Assembly: GCA_013265495.1 (NCBI GenBank)
Contig: MU059441.1
Coordinates: 434,001 to 498,000 of the forward strand
Source of the DNA: Vicugna vicugna
Lineage: Eukaryota
Direction: 5' to 3'
Length of the DNA: 64,000 nt
Shown: one piece after another, positions 21,943 through 34,339 of the stretch
How positions within the stretch are numbered: the first letter of the stretch is position 1
Layout of the letters: each line of letters begins with the position of its first letter
Notes under the pieces: model-generated
Told to the model about the DNA's origin: nothing
What the model saw: only the letters and a program-made list of their open reading frames with translations
Databases searched by the model: none
Program-made: the position numbers and the translations under genes

Positions 21943-22919
21943 GAGAGGAAAGAAATGAAGGCATGTGAAGCCGCAGCGTATCCGTGTGGGCCCAGTGTTC
22001 TCAGATACAAGTCACCATGGCAACCCGGGGGCCTTTGCAGCTCACCACTCAGGAGGGTGAGCGCTCCCGCCTGCGGATGTGAATGGACCAGCCGCCACCA
22101 TCCAGCGCTCGGTGCAGGCAGGCCTCACAACCAGGCTCCCTTCGACTGGGTGGTGGTTGGCTGCCTGGCCCCGGCACCCCACGTCTCTGGGACTGCCTGG
22201 CCCTCCAGCATTGGGCTCTCGGCATTGCCAGTGGGTCTGAGGAGGCCTCGGTGGGCCGTAGACCGGGATGTCTCCCGTGGGGCTGTGGTCTGCACACCTG
22301 CTGGGTCTGCTCCCAGGCCCACAGGGAGGCCGGGCAGGTGTGAAGGTGGGTGTGTAAAGTTTGATTTGGCAGGTCGGTGTGAAGCTGCGGGGGTGGCGTG
22401 GGCAGTTCTGTCTCAGTGGCCTCCATTCCGCTGGCTGTGCCCTTTCTGTAAAGCCAGCCTGTCCCCTGCGCCCCCACCACCCTGCATCACGGTGGGAAGG
22501 TGGGCTCGCAGTCTCCGGTTGTAGGATTATTTTTCCAGAACAAGTGCAGGTACATAGGCCTGGATTCTGACAGCCACCCCGAGGGCTTCTCTGAGCCCGT
22601 CGGCTGAGAACCGTGTTCGGCCAGGCCTGTTCCCGGGCAGCTTGGCTTCCCGTGTCCACCGTCTGAGGGCAGAGGGCCGGGGTCTTGCATGCTGAGGCAG
22701 CCCCAGCTTTGGTGGAGGCTGCAAGGCTGGAGGCCCTCCCCTGCGTCCCTCCCGAGGAGGGGCTTGTGTGCCGTGAGCCGGGCTCTGCTGCTCTGGGCCC
22801 AGCGTCAGCTGCAGCCTGGAGCCGGGTGGGGACCGGCGGGGACACGTGGAGGCCAGTCGGCCATGCCTTCCCAGTCAGTGCGCCTTAGCCCCGGCCTCCG
22901 AGTGGATTGAGGTCATAGT

Positions 22920-25900
22920 TGGTCAAGATATTTTTAAAATACATTTTTTTGAGGTGTAACAGGAATTCAGTGACTTCAGGTCAGCAGTAGAGTGCACTTT
23001 TGCCCAGGTGTGCTCGCCACCTGGATGAAGATGCGGTCCCTTCTGTAGCCGCGAGGCTCCCTTGACATCCTCCTGGTCGGCACTGCCCGCGTACGACACG
23101 GCCCTGCTCAGCCACCGTGGGTCGGGCTGCCCTCCTGCACATGGCGTGCACTTTCCTTCCATGTCCTGGTCAGCAGTGGTTTCTTCGTTTCCGACGCTGG
23201 GTGGGAATCCGCTGTCTGCAGAGACCACCGCGCACTGACCGACGTGCGGGGGCCATGTCGTGTGTCCAGTCGGGGACTCTGATGAGTGGTGCTGTGACGG
23301 GTGTTCTCGTGCGTGTGTTTTGTGGACATGCCGCTGTCTCTGTGGGGTGTCTGCCCAGAAGCCCAGTGGCCCACTCGCTTTCTAAGGCGCTTGTGCCAGC
23401 GCACATTTCCTCCCGGAGGGTGTGGGCGCTCCGGGGCCCCGCGTCTTGTGGCCATGTCTTGCTGCCCCCTGTTTCATTTGCACTGCTCAGCTACAGAAGC
23501 ATGGGTTGGAATCTGCGTTTCCTGATGGAGGTTGAGCCCCTTTCACATGTTCCTTGGCCATTTAGACGACCCTTTGTGAACTGTCACTTCAGATCTTTTG
23601 CTCATTAAAAAAAAAATTGGGTTGTGTTTTTCTATCAGCTTGTAGGAGTTCTTTATATGTTTCGCATCGAGTCCTTTGCCGAAAATACGTAATGCGGGTT
23701 CCCTCTCCCGGGCTGGGGCCTACACTTCACTCTCGGTAATCGCTTGCTGAGTCCCGTTTATCACACTCCTTTTACGTTTAATCCTTTACGTTTCCTGCTT
23801 AGAACCTCTTGGCCTCCACTGTGGTCATGAAGATACTTGTCGTTGTTCACTGTTTGCTTCCAGAAGCACTTAAAAAACCCAGCCTTTTGTGGATGTAAAT
23901 CACATTCCGTGAGGTTCACGCTTTTAAGGTGTACTAGTTATTATTTTTAGTATAGTCGTAGAATTCTGCAGGCATCACCTCTGATTCTAGAACGGTTCAC
24001 ACCGTCCCCCCAGGCCATCACCACTAGCAGTGGCTCCCTGGTGCCCGGCCCCTGGAAACCATCCATCTAGTCTCTGCATCTGTGGTTGCCTGTTCTGGAC
24101 ATTTCACAAATGGAGTCGGTAACACACGGCCTTTGTGTCTGGCTTCTTTAACTGAGCGTAGTTTTCAAAGTTCATTGTAGTGTGGCGTGTATCAGTCGGT
24201 GTCTCATTCCTTTTTATGGCTGAGTAACACTCCACTGTGTGGGTGGACCACATCTTGTCTGTTCATCAGCTGATGGCATTTGGCTTCCTGTGAGTAACGC
24301 TTGTAAGAACACTCACAAATGAGGTCTTGTGGGACATGTGTTTTCAGTTCCCCTGTACTGTCGTTACCTGGTAGGATCACCTTCCACCCTTGAGGTCCGG
24401 CCAGACTCTCTTCCAGAGCGGCCGCAGCACTTTGTGTCCCCAGCAGTGTGAGGGCCCCTCCTGATCCCTCCTGACGACGGCCACTCTGGTGGGTGTGAGT
24501 GGCGCCTCTGCGGGGCTTTGGCTTCTGTTTCCCCGGTGGTCAGTGATGCCCAGCGTCTTCATGGCTTCCTGGCCTCTGTGTGTCTTCTTTGAAGAGATGT
24601 CTGTTTAGACCCTTTGCCCTGTTAGCTTACTTACCCTTTTCCTTTTGAGTTGTCGGAGCCCTTCATGCATTCTGGACGCGAGTCTCTTAGGAGATGCACG
24701 ATTTGCAGACACTTCCACCCGCTCTGAGGGCGCCTTTTCACTTTCGTGATGGTGTCCCTTGAAACACAGGATTTTTCCGTTTTGATGAACTTCAGCGTAT
24801 GTTTTTTCTTTAGTTGTTATGCTTTTGGTGTCATAGCTAAGATCCACTGCCAAACTGAAAATCACGGAGATCAACCCCTGCATTTTCTCCTAAGGATACT
24901 CTAGTCTTAGCTCTGAAAGTTAGGTCTCTGACCATGTTAAGTTTCTCTCTGTGGTGTGAGGTAGGAGACCAGCGTCCTTTGCACATGGATGTCCTGGTAT
25001 GTTCGCATCATCAGTTGAGAGACGTTCCTTCCCCATCGAGTGGACTTGGCATGCGTGTTGAAATCAGTTGACTGCAAGTGTAAGGGTTTGTTTCTGGACT
25101 CTGCATCCATCCCTCTGTCTGTACGTCTGTCAGCACCATGCCGTCTCGCTGCCTCGGCGTCGCTGTGGGTTTGAAGTCAAGAGATGTGAATCCTCTAACT
25201 TTGTTCTTTTCCCGACTCCTTTGACTGTTGGGGTCCCTCGAGATTCTGTGTGGATTTTCAGATGGATTTTGATGGTTCTGCAGAAGAGAAAAGGCGGCTG
25301 AGATTTTGATAGAGACTGCACTGATACTGTGTTTCAATTTTAAAAGATCGTTCTCATTCAGGTCTCTAGTCCATGGTGAGTTAGATTTTGTGTGAGGTGT
25401 CGCGTGGGGGTCGTCTACTAGACAGGCCCTTCTTCCCCCACCGTTCAGCCGGGGGACCGCTGTCATTGGTCGCATGGCTGTGCGGGAGGCGGCAGCTCTG
25501 GCCTCTGTTCTGCTCGGCCGACTTTTCGATGTGAACGAACGTGGTATTGGTTTTCACTCCGTCTCACCTATTTTGTATTTATTTCTGTATTTATGTGTAG
25601 GAACAGGGTTAGTTTTTATAAACTGACCTTGCCTTCTGCAGCCCTTATAAACTTGCCTCTCGGTTCACGTACTGCTGTGTGGTTTGCTCACGTGTTCTGC
25701 CCACAGTCGTGTCCGCCGAGTGTCGTGGCAGGTTTACTCTTCCCTTCCTAGCTCAAAGGTGGGAATTCTTTAAAAGTTCACTTCTCCTCTTGACTCGTTG
25801 CACTGGCTGTGCCTCCAGGGCAGCTGTGACTAGAAATGGTCGCCATGGGCGGTGCAGCCTTGGCTGAGGACGGAGGGGAGGACGGGCAGCATTTCACCGC

Positions 25901-28650
25901 CAGTGCGACGTCAGTGCGGGATTTCGCAGGGACTCTGCCAGGTCTCTGTGCTAAGCTGCTGAGTTTCGTTGTGACTGCGCGTTGAATTTTACCGATGCCT
26001 TCCTGAGCCTGCTCGTGACCGTGCGTCCCCTTCGTTCCACTGATGTGGTGAGTTGTGACCGGCTGTTTCAAAGCCAAGATGACTGGGGTGAACTCTAGTG
26101 CAGTGGCGCTTGTCCTTGCTGGGAACGGCTCTGACAGCCCCTTCCGGGCCACGGCCGCACGTCCACTCCCACCCGGGCCTGGTTTGTGCAGAAGAGCCTG
26201 GGGGATCCCACCAGGGCCTCATGGTGGGGGGAGCCGAGAGTTCTCGGGGGCCCATGGGGAGGACACCTCGACTGGGGGCTCCGGGAGGGACCTGCAGGGT
26301 GAGGCTTGTCAACAAGTAGAGGATGTTGGGGTGAGGGGCAGCGGGGCGGGGGGCACCCAGCAGGGAGAGGCGGGACCGGAGAGGGACTGAATGAGACTGG
26401 GTGTGAGCGGGAACCGCATATTCAGGCATCGAAAGCCGTTTTAAAGATAACTTGGACTTGATTCCCTGCACTTGTGGCTCCACCGAAGGCTCCTCCTTGG
26501 GCGTGTGTTTCGGGAGCTGGCTCTCGCTGCAGGCGCTGTGAAGCGTGTTCCCGAGTGGAGCGGGGCTGGGGGCTGGGGTGGGGGGCAGCTCCCAGCTGTG
26601 AGGCCGGAGCAGGTCCTGAGCCAGGACGCTGGGGATTAGGCGAAGCTGGGTGTGGAGCCTGTGGTGGGAACATGTCGGCGCTGGTGAGCGATGAGAAGTG
26701 GGGGGAGCTGCAGTGGAAGCAGGAGTGGGGCCTTGACTGCCCCCACCCCCGCCCTGGCTGCAGCAACCCCCGGAGCGCCTCCCCGCAGCCTCAGCCCTCG
26801 GTGCCTCAGGGCCGGGCCGGGGAAGAGACTGGTCCGAGTTTGGGGCAGGTTCCCACTGCGCTGGTGCCGCTCCCAGTGCGTCTCCTCGCGGGGGAGCTGC
26901 GCCCTCCCCTCTGGGGCAGTGCTGTCCTCCGTGTACGACCGGTGCCTGCGCCCCGACGCCACCCAGGTTCTTGGGTGGGAAACCGCAGGAACCAGCTCAC
27001 CTGAATGAAAGGGCGTGCGTTGGCGGGATCCTGGTGACCCCAGACCTGGTCACCCTACAGTCTGGATGGGGCCGGACACTGGCTGTTTTCACCTCTGGTG
27101 CCTCTGCTCCGGTGCCCTTTCCCAGAAGAGAGCGCGCCTCCTCCCAGGTGGCCGCCCACCCCTGCGACACCCGCTGCATCTCCTGCTCCCTCCCTCGGGC
27201 CCAGCAGGAGGTGATCAGCTCTGTTGGTCTCCCTCAAACCCACGTGTGACTTGGTTGGTTTTCTCTGTTGTTTGCTTTCTGGGTCGTTGATTTCCACTCC
27301 TGCTTTTATTATTCCCTTTCTTCCACTTGCTTTGGCTTTAATTGCCTGGTTTTGTTTGTTTTCCCAGCGTCTGAGGGTGGACCGCGGATCGTGGACGGGG
27401 CGTCCACGATCCACCTGTAAGCCGTCAGGTTCCCTCTGGTGACCGTTTCAGCGCGCAGGGTGGGTGGGCCGGGGGCACCGGAGGTGTGGGCAGATTCACC
27501 TGCAGGACTGGGGCTCTTCCTTTGGGGGCCTCCCCTCACTCTCCACCATACCCCGAACACAGATTTCTGATTTTCTCTGGTTTCTGGATAAGTTCTCGGG
27601 AAAACCTAGCAACACGGTGTCCCACAGGCTCCTGCCTGTGTTCGTCGTCCTCTGGGGCCTCCGGGGGGTCTTTGGAACTTTGTCCGGAGCTCACCAGGGC
27701 AGTCGGCCAGGAGGAGCCATTCAGCCACGTGGGCAGTTAGCCTCCCACTGTGCCGCCTCTGTCACTGGCCATGGGTCTCCAGCTGACTGTGGGGGCCAGA
27801 TGCAGGGTGCTCCCCTGGCTCAGCTGCCCCCGTGAGCTGAGACCCCCACCCTGTTGACCCTCAGACCTGGCTCTCCAGCCCCCCCACACACACCGCCTAG
27901 CTGTGAACGCATTCCTCCTGGTCTGTAGTCTCCCTCCTTAGACGCCTTGTCCGGGTCACAACCAGCCAGTGCCACCTCCTCTCTGAATTTTCTCAGCCTC
28001 CTGAGGCCTGGCGCCTGGTCTCCTCCTCGGGCACCCTGTGTGGTACGTCAAGTGCTGTCTCTCTCCCCGGCTGAGGTAGTGGTGGCAACCTTGTCTGTGG
28101 TCCAGCCTGGGGCCCAGCTGGTCACTCGGGTCGACAGGAGGTTGGTCAGCAGAGGGCGGGCCTGGGGCCGGGGGCTGCCTTCCCTTGTTGGCTTCTGCTG
28201 GGCTCGCCAGACGTACCCTGCATCCACCGGGCCGAGAAGCTGGTCTGCGGTCAGTAGGTCAACTTCTGACTCATTCAAGAGAGGGGAGACCTCAGCAAGC
28301 CTGAGGAGGCCGGCAGGTCGGCCACCCGTACCCCCAGCCCTGCCATCAGGAAGGAGAGTGTTTGGCCTGATGTCGGGGTGCGCTTGACCCTGGTGAGAGG
28401 TGGCTGTGGGACACGCTTGTGAGGGGCTCCCTTTGGGGGTGTCGGAGCTGCCTCTGTTTTGGGACCTTCCTGCAGGAAGGATGGGAAGCGTGGTAAGTGC
28501 TCTTCGAAGGTCTATAAGAACACGAGGCCAACAGGTGTTGACCAAGAAGAGGGAAAGGGCCTTAGGACTTGTGCTCTCGTGACCGGGGGCTTTTCCCGTG
28601 TGACTCTTAGTGCTCGCTGCGGCGAGAGGGGGAACAGAGGCACCGAGGGC
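22920..28650 (-). mobile_element. Long old L1 (L1ME/L1MD-like) relic, antisense, from 3' end to EN region, split by a nested L1
   Basis: 3'-end text at ~22920. RT-region text at ~25750-26100 (cttgactcgttgcactggctgtgcctccagg..tttaccgatgccttcctg). EN-region text at ~27250-27400 (ttttattattccctttcttccacttgctttgg). Heavily GC-shifted; boundaries approximate. Confidence 0.6.
23880..25340 (-). mobile_element. L1MB-like element nested in the older L1, antisense
   Basis: Has its own 3' end (tttaaggtgtac..catcacc..gcctgttctggacatttcac). Minus-strand ORF 24605-24883 (DLSYDTKSITTKEK..RLASRMHEGLRQLKRKR) resembles the L1 ORF2 C-terminus. Confidence 0.7.
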
Positions 28651-31409
28651 CGGGCCGCATTTCCACAGCCCACGCGTGGCAGGTGCCGCAGAGGGGCTGT
28701 CTGGCTGGAGGACCTGGATGCGGAGCTGAGGTGTCTGCTGGCTTGTGGTGACACCTGGACGGATGCTTCCGTGTCCCCTTCCCTCGTCTGTGCCAGGCTG
28801 ACTGCCAGCAGCGGGGCCACCCGGAGCTTCAGGACTGTGTCCTGCATGTCCTGGCCCGTGCGCGTGTCTGGAGGCTGCTTCTGAGCATCTGTGGAGTGAG
28901 GTTGCGGGGGCCCCCCCTGCACACATGAGCTGCTGGCCTCCTGCTGGGGCTCAGCACCGTGAAGTCCGCAGGGCGGACTCGACAGGGAGAAGGTCTTCTC
29001 TCTCCCCTTCACCAAGAGGAGGAGGCAGGGTGGCTGGAGGATCTGTGGTCCCTGGTCACTGTTGTCCCCACCTTGTGATGCGCCCGGGGCAGAACTCATG
29101 TGGCAGGTCCTGGTGGCCTGACCTGTTCAGGGTGCCTGTGTGGGGACCAGAATGGCCAGAGCCAGCCAAGTTAGGGCCCCCGCAGGCCTGGGAGAGGGAC
29201 GACGGGCTGTGCGGGGAGGCTCCCCCTGCCATGGTGTGCGGTGTGGGTGGGGTGGGGAGAATCCTCTCCCCCGCCTTTCACTTCCTGGACGTCACTTAGG
29301 TCCAGCAGTCAGGCCCGCCCTCCAGTTGTGCTGGGTGCCCCTCCAGGGGTGAAAGTTCAGCGGGCCAGAAAAGGCACAGAGACACGGTCCCCACAGGTGT
29401 GAAGTAGTCAGTCCCTGGCACGTGTGGGCACACACACGTGTGCCCACACATGCCCGCACAGATGTGCACCGGTGCACACTCCTTCCGGCTCTGAGCAGAG
29501 TGGAAGCCCTGCGCTCACTCCTGGGACCCTCTCTTAAGGGGCCGCGGGGGCAGGCGGTTTCCTTCTGGGACCGGGGTGCACACTGCACTTTCTGGGGACA
29601 TCTTGCCTCCTTCCTTGGCCTGGGCGCCGAAGCCTCTGGGTCTTTCCAGAAACTCGACAACTCTCTGAAGGGTGGAGGATTGTGCTGTCACAGACGGGGC
29701 AGACGTGCTGAGTCTGGCGATGGCTGAACAGCGGCAGCTTCTAGAGGAACTGACCTGGGGCCTCATCGTGGTGCTTCTCTGCCGGAGGACTTCTGGGAGC
29801 GTGGCTCCGGGTTGGACGACCCTAAGCTCTGGCCCCGCCTTGCTGTTGTGCAACTGTGGGAGTTCAGGGTCTTCACCGGCATCCACGCGTGGACGTGGCA
29901 GTGATGGTGACTGGCTCTCTGTTGGGAGTAAGGAGGGGGCCTCCTGAGGAGGCTCCTGGAGGTCACAGGGTGGCTTGGGGCTGAGCTGTGCGTCTGACAA
30001 CTTGCACGTGTAAGCGTACGTCATCACGCATGTGCGCTGCCTGCCCGCCGGGTTCCGTGCCAGACACACAGAAGGGACTCAGCTCCTCCCATGAATCCCC
30101 ATGTTTGCAGAGGGATCAGTGGATCGCGTAGTATGATAACAGTTAGAATTTCTAATTATAAAACGTGTTTAAGTGTAACAGGAGCACAGGTGGGAGAAAT
30201 AGTTGTTTGGATGAGAGGGAAGAAGATGCTGCAGTCAGGCCTCGACTGCAGCCTTGGAAACCAGCCGCGGCTACCGAGGGCAGAGGGGACGGGTGGGAGG
30301 GATGCTGGGGGCTGAGACTCGGGGGCGTGGCTGTCAGGGCCCGAGCCAGGCGCGCCCCCGCCAGTCTTCCCACTTAGAAGCAGGGCAGCACCCCCGCTGC
30401 CCCGACCCAGGCGGGATTGCGGAGGGGCTGCCGGAGGGCTGGACTGGGGCCAGGACAGTCGAAGCCCACGGAGCATGTGGGCAGGGCTTTGGAGAGTCTG
30501 CAGGGCTGGCAGGCAGGATGTGGGAATAGGCACTTCTGGCAAAGGACAGTAGGAGCCAAAGGAAGCGCCGTGTCTGCGGAGCCGAGGCGGGTTCTAGAAG
30601 GGCGGTGCAGGGCCTCATCCCCGTGGCCCCCGAGGGCCAGGCAGGGCTTACGGGTGGGCCTGCAGTCTGAGCAGCGTTCTGATTGCCCCTGCGTGATGGC
30701 TCGTCTCTGGGAGGCGCCAGGGCCCCTGGCCGGCCCCGGAGGCTGTTCCGAGCTCTCGGGGGAGGGGGAGGAGGGGGACAGTGCTGCCCAGAGCCCAGTC
30801 TCTCTGAGAGGCACCAAACACAGCCCCTGCCTGCTGAAGGTCACGGTCGTGGGCGTGACCTGGGCCCAGCCGCCTGCTTCTCCGACTGCTTCACCGCAGG
30901 GTGTGCTGCAGAACGTCTGAGCGGACGGGGAGGGCGGCTCTGGAATCCTCGGCACCAGGAGCCCCCGTCCCACCAGCGCTGCCCTCTGACCCGGAGCTGG
31001 GCTGTCCCCTCACGTGGTGTTGGAGCCGTGGCTCTGAACTCTGGTACTTGCAGCCGTGTGAAAAGCAGCCGACAGCAAGTCGAACGGTGCGCCTCCCTCC
31101 CCAGCTCCGTCTTTCCATCCTGCAGATCTGAGCTCGGGGAGCACACTGCCCAGCTCCGCTTACGTCCAGTGGCGCCTGGTTCCCTGCTCTCGGGCCAGGT
31201 TCCTTTCTCTGTCGCTGCTTTCTGCAGGTGCTGGGCTGGGAGGCTGCGTGTTATTTCCTCTGCAAACCTCTCCTTGCTGCCTTCATGCGGCTGTCACGAC
31301 TGCGCTGATGCTCGGTGCGCCCAGGCCGCCGGTCTTGGTGCGCGGAGCGGTAATCAGGCCATCCTTCTGGGCCGCAGCCTTCCAGTTCGGCGTTTATGAA
31401 CTGGAGTTA

Positions 31410-31700
31410 AAAAATAAATAAGTCAGATCGCATCACTCTCCTGCTTAAAGCTCTCCAGTGGCTTCCCCGCTGGTGGAAGAGGCTGCGCTCCTCGGCACAG
31501 CCGGGGCCTCCCTCCCGCCTCCCGCGCCGTCCGGGGCCAAGCTGTCGGTACTGCTTCCTCTGTGCCCAAGCGGGTCAGCTGCTTCCCAGGGCGGCCCTCA
31601 CGCTTGTGTCACCTCCTTGGGGGCCCCCATGGTCACCACCCTCCCCCCCGGGCTGCCGTCTGTCCTGACAGCCCTTCACCACGGCTGGCATCCTCGTCAC
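31410..31700 (+). mobile_element. L2 fragment
   Basis: gtcagatcgcatcactctcctgcttaaagctctccagtggcttcccc resembles L2 (tctgatcatgtcactcccctgcttaaaaccctccagtggctcccc). Confidence 0.55.
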
Positions 31701-32164
31701 TCACCAGCTGTGCTCAGCCCTCCGGCCCCCTCATGTGCCCCTCGCTCTGGGAGGGTCTGGGCACCCAAGCCACGAGGCTGGTCTGCGGGCTGCTGGGCTG
31801 AGCAGCTGAAGAGTGGACATCAGTGGAGACATTGGTGTGGGGAAGCCAGGCCAGAGCAGGGGTCGTGCAGAGAGGGAGGGGCCGGGCACCTGCGCGGGGG
31901 TTGGGGTGGCCCCACCAGGCCGGGCACTCTGCTCGGGGGACGGAGGGCGGTGGGGCTGGAGCCTGAGGTCCCGGCCCCAGGCAGAGGGCTGTCCACGAGG
32001 CGCTGACGCCCCACTTCCAGTTTCTCGTAGGGAAGCCGAAGCGTTTTTGTGCAGATGTTCTGGTTTTGTGGATGCTGGTGACTGGGGCGGGTAACCTGAG
32101 CCGAGCTGCTCCTGCCCCCGGTTCTTGGGTTCCTTAATCGGTGGAAGCTGACAAGCGGCCAGAT

Positions 32165-32290
32165 GGGAAGTCCACGCCAGGCTCCGCCGCGGCTCGTGCT
32201 GCGGCAGCGGGAGCCAGACGGGGAGCGCGTGCCCTGCGCCCTCCCGCGGTGCGGTGGGGGCGGGCTCGGGTGGCCTGCGCCCCCGTGGTG
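32165..32290. other. CpG-dense, very GC-rich patch resembling a small orphan CpG island, with a GC box
   Basis: ctccgccgcggctcgtgctgcggcagcggg..gcgcgtgccctgcgccctcccgcggtgcggtggggcgggctcggg. No function is shown. Confidence 0.35.
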
Positions 32291-33639
32291 GTCTGTGTGC
32301 AGGGGTCACAGCACCTGCTTCTGCTCCCGGCACCTCAGAAGTGGCCGCTGTGTTTTGGCCTTTCTGTGTCTTGGTTTACGCTTAGTCCCTTATGGTTTCT
32401 TTGTATCCTGTTGCTGGAGGAGACAGTTGTCCACACGCGAGCACGGCAGGTCCCAGCCTGTCTCAAGCCCACGCCACCTCACAGACCAGAGCAGGACCAC
32501 GGTTCACAGACCACAAACAGGACTTTCCTTCTGTCCCGACCCAGTGTTTACCCGTCCAGCAAATGCTCCGCGACCTCCCTGAGCTCAGAGCTTCAGACCC
32601 AGAGGTGCGGGTCCCTGTCTGCAGTGCCAGGTGCAGAGATCAGGACCGGGACCAAGCAGCCCCTCCTGGCTGGCTGCCCCGGAGGAGCCAGGGACCCTGG
32701 CTTTCCCAGGCAGGCGTCCAGTATGGCCCATTAATCCATGTCACTGCTGCTTTTGTTGGCTGGGCCCTGCCATTCCTCCTCATTTCAGGAGACTTCTGTG
32801 GTCTCTGCTTTTGTTACAACCAGTGTGACGTGTAGGTGGCATTAAGAGGGAGTGAGGCTGCAGGTGCCTGGGCTCCAGTTGCCCACGGCTTGTTCTCTTC
32901 CCTCTCCCATTGTCTCGGCAGCCGTCTGCCCCGGGGCCGGCTCTCCTGTCCCCCGGGCGTGGGCACACAGGTGGGTCTCAGTGCCGCAGCCTGTGTGAGT
33001 CCGCGCCTGCAGCTTGCCTGGTGGAAGGCCGTGGGGGCCGCAGAGAGGCCTGCGTGTCTCAGAAGATGGTCTTGTGACAGAACGTTTGTCAGAATTTTCT
33101 GAGGCATCAGTGGCTCTTAGAAAACATGCGCCGGGTGATGAGGGGCAGAGCGGGGTCCGAGCTGCCTCTCTTCCTGGCCCCGGGGTGGCTTTGTCAGGGA
33201 TGCTAGACCAGTGGCCTGGCCTGATTGCTCATGGACTCTGAGCAGCTGGACTTGGTCCTGGGGTCAGCATGCTGCCCGGCTCAAGTCCCCACTCTTCTGG
33301 GCTCTGGCCTGGAAGGACCTGTCTGGTGGTCGTGGGGGACCTGCTGCAGCCCTCCTTCCGGGCCGCGCGCACCTGTCTGGGCTGACTTAGGAGGGGAGGG
33401 GAGCTGCCTTCTCCAGGGACACTTTTTCCTCCGGACCCAGAGCAGACACGTGGTGCATCCCAGGGCCCCCACGTTAAGGGGACGTGGCCGCAAGCTCTCG
33501 GCCACCCTCCCAGGGACCACAGCTCAGAGACATCACACACCCCATCCTGAGTCTTAAGCGTTGTTGGAGCCAGAGTTTGAGCGTCTCTCTTCCTAAAGAC
33601 TAGCACCCTCCCCTCCCTCAACCTTCTTGTAGGAGCGCC

Positions 33640-33770
33640 ATTCTTTATTGTTTCAGCAGATGTTTACCACGTGGCCCTGGGGACAGAGCCGTAAACACAG
33701 AACCTTCCTGACCTCCAGGAGCTTACAGTCTGGGCGGGGAGCAAGTCTAGACCGGGGTCGCTGGTGGGAA
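33640..33770 (-). mobile_element. L2 3' end fragment, antisense
   Basis: cagcagatgtttaccacgtggccctggggacagagccgtaaacacag..ccaggagcttacagtctgg. Confidence 0.55.
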
Positions 33771-34339
33771 GCGGCAGATTTAACACTCAGATCTAGTTTT
33801 TTCTGCCTCCAAAGCCTGCTCACCTGACCCCGACTCTATACCGTCTTTTAAAGTAGAGCACATCGCCTAGCTGAAGGAAGGGGTAGGGGGCGCATTTGGA
33901 CCCTTCATGGCAGGGGTGGTCATATCCCTCAGGTCTCTTTCTGCGGGTGTGACTGCTGCCTTGTGACTCCAAGAAACGCCACCTGGAGCTTGTTGGAGTG
34001 TGTTAACTGCGGCCCATCCCAAAGTGATAATTTAGAATCTGTACTTCATCAGAATCCCAACTGAATGCGCTTTAAAACGTCTGAGGAGCTGTTGTACGAT
34101 GTCTCAGTGGCACCCAGTTTAGTGATTAGCCAGTGATTTTACGTTACCCAGACACGCGGTCCAGGGTAGGGTGATGTGGGTCCGAGCGCCGTGAGGCTGG
34201 TGAGCTGTACCCCTAGCCCCACGCCTGTGTGGCCAGGAGCAAGTCCCTTTGCCTGAGTCTTTTTTGAAAACACTGCACTTAGGACCGTTAAGTTACTCTC
34301 GGTCACGGCATTTGCTACATCACACTGTTTTTGACTGTA

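Noticed and set aside
20933-22010. Pairs of identical ORFs suggesting duplicated genes
   Set aside because: They only reflect the ~550-bp tandem duplication. They have no recognisable homology or gene structure.
29672-29947. 91-aa ORF with a short hydrophobic stretch (LTWGLIVVLLC)
   Set aside because: No recognisable homology, no promoter or exon evidence, and a non-ATG start in the sequence; not supportable as a micropeptide.
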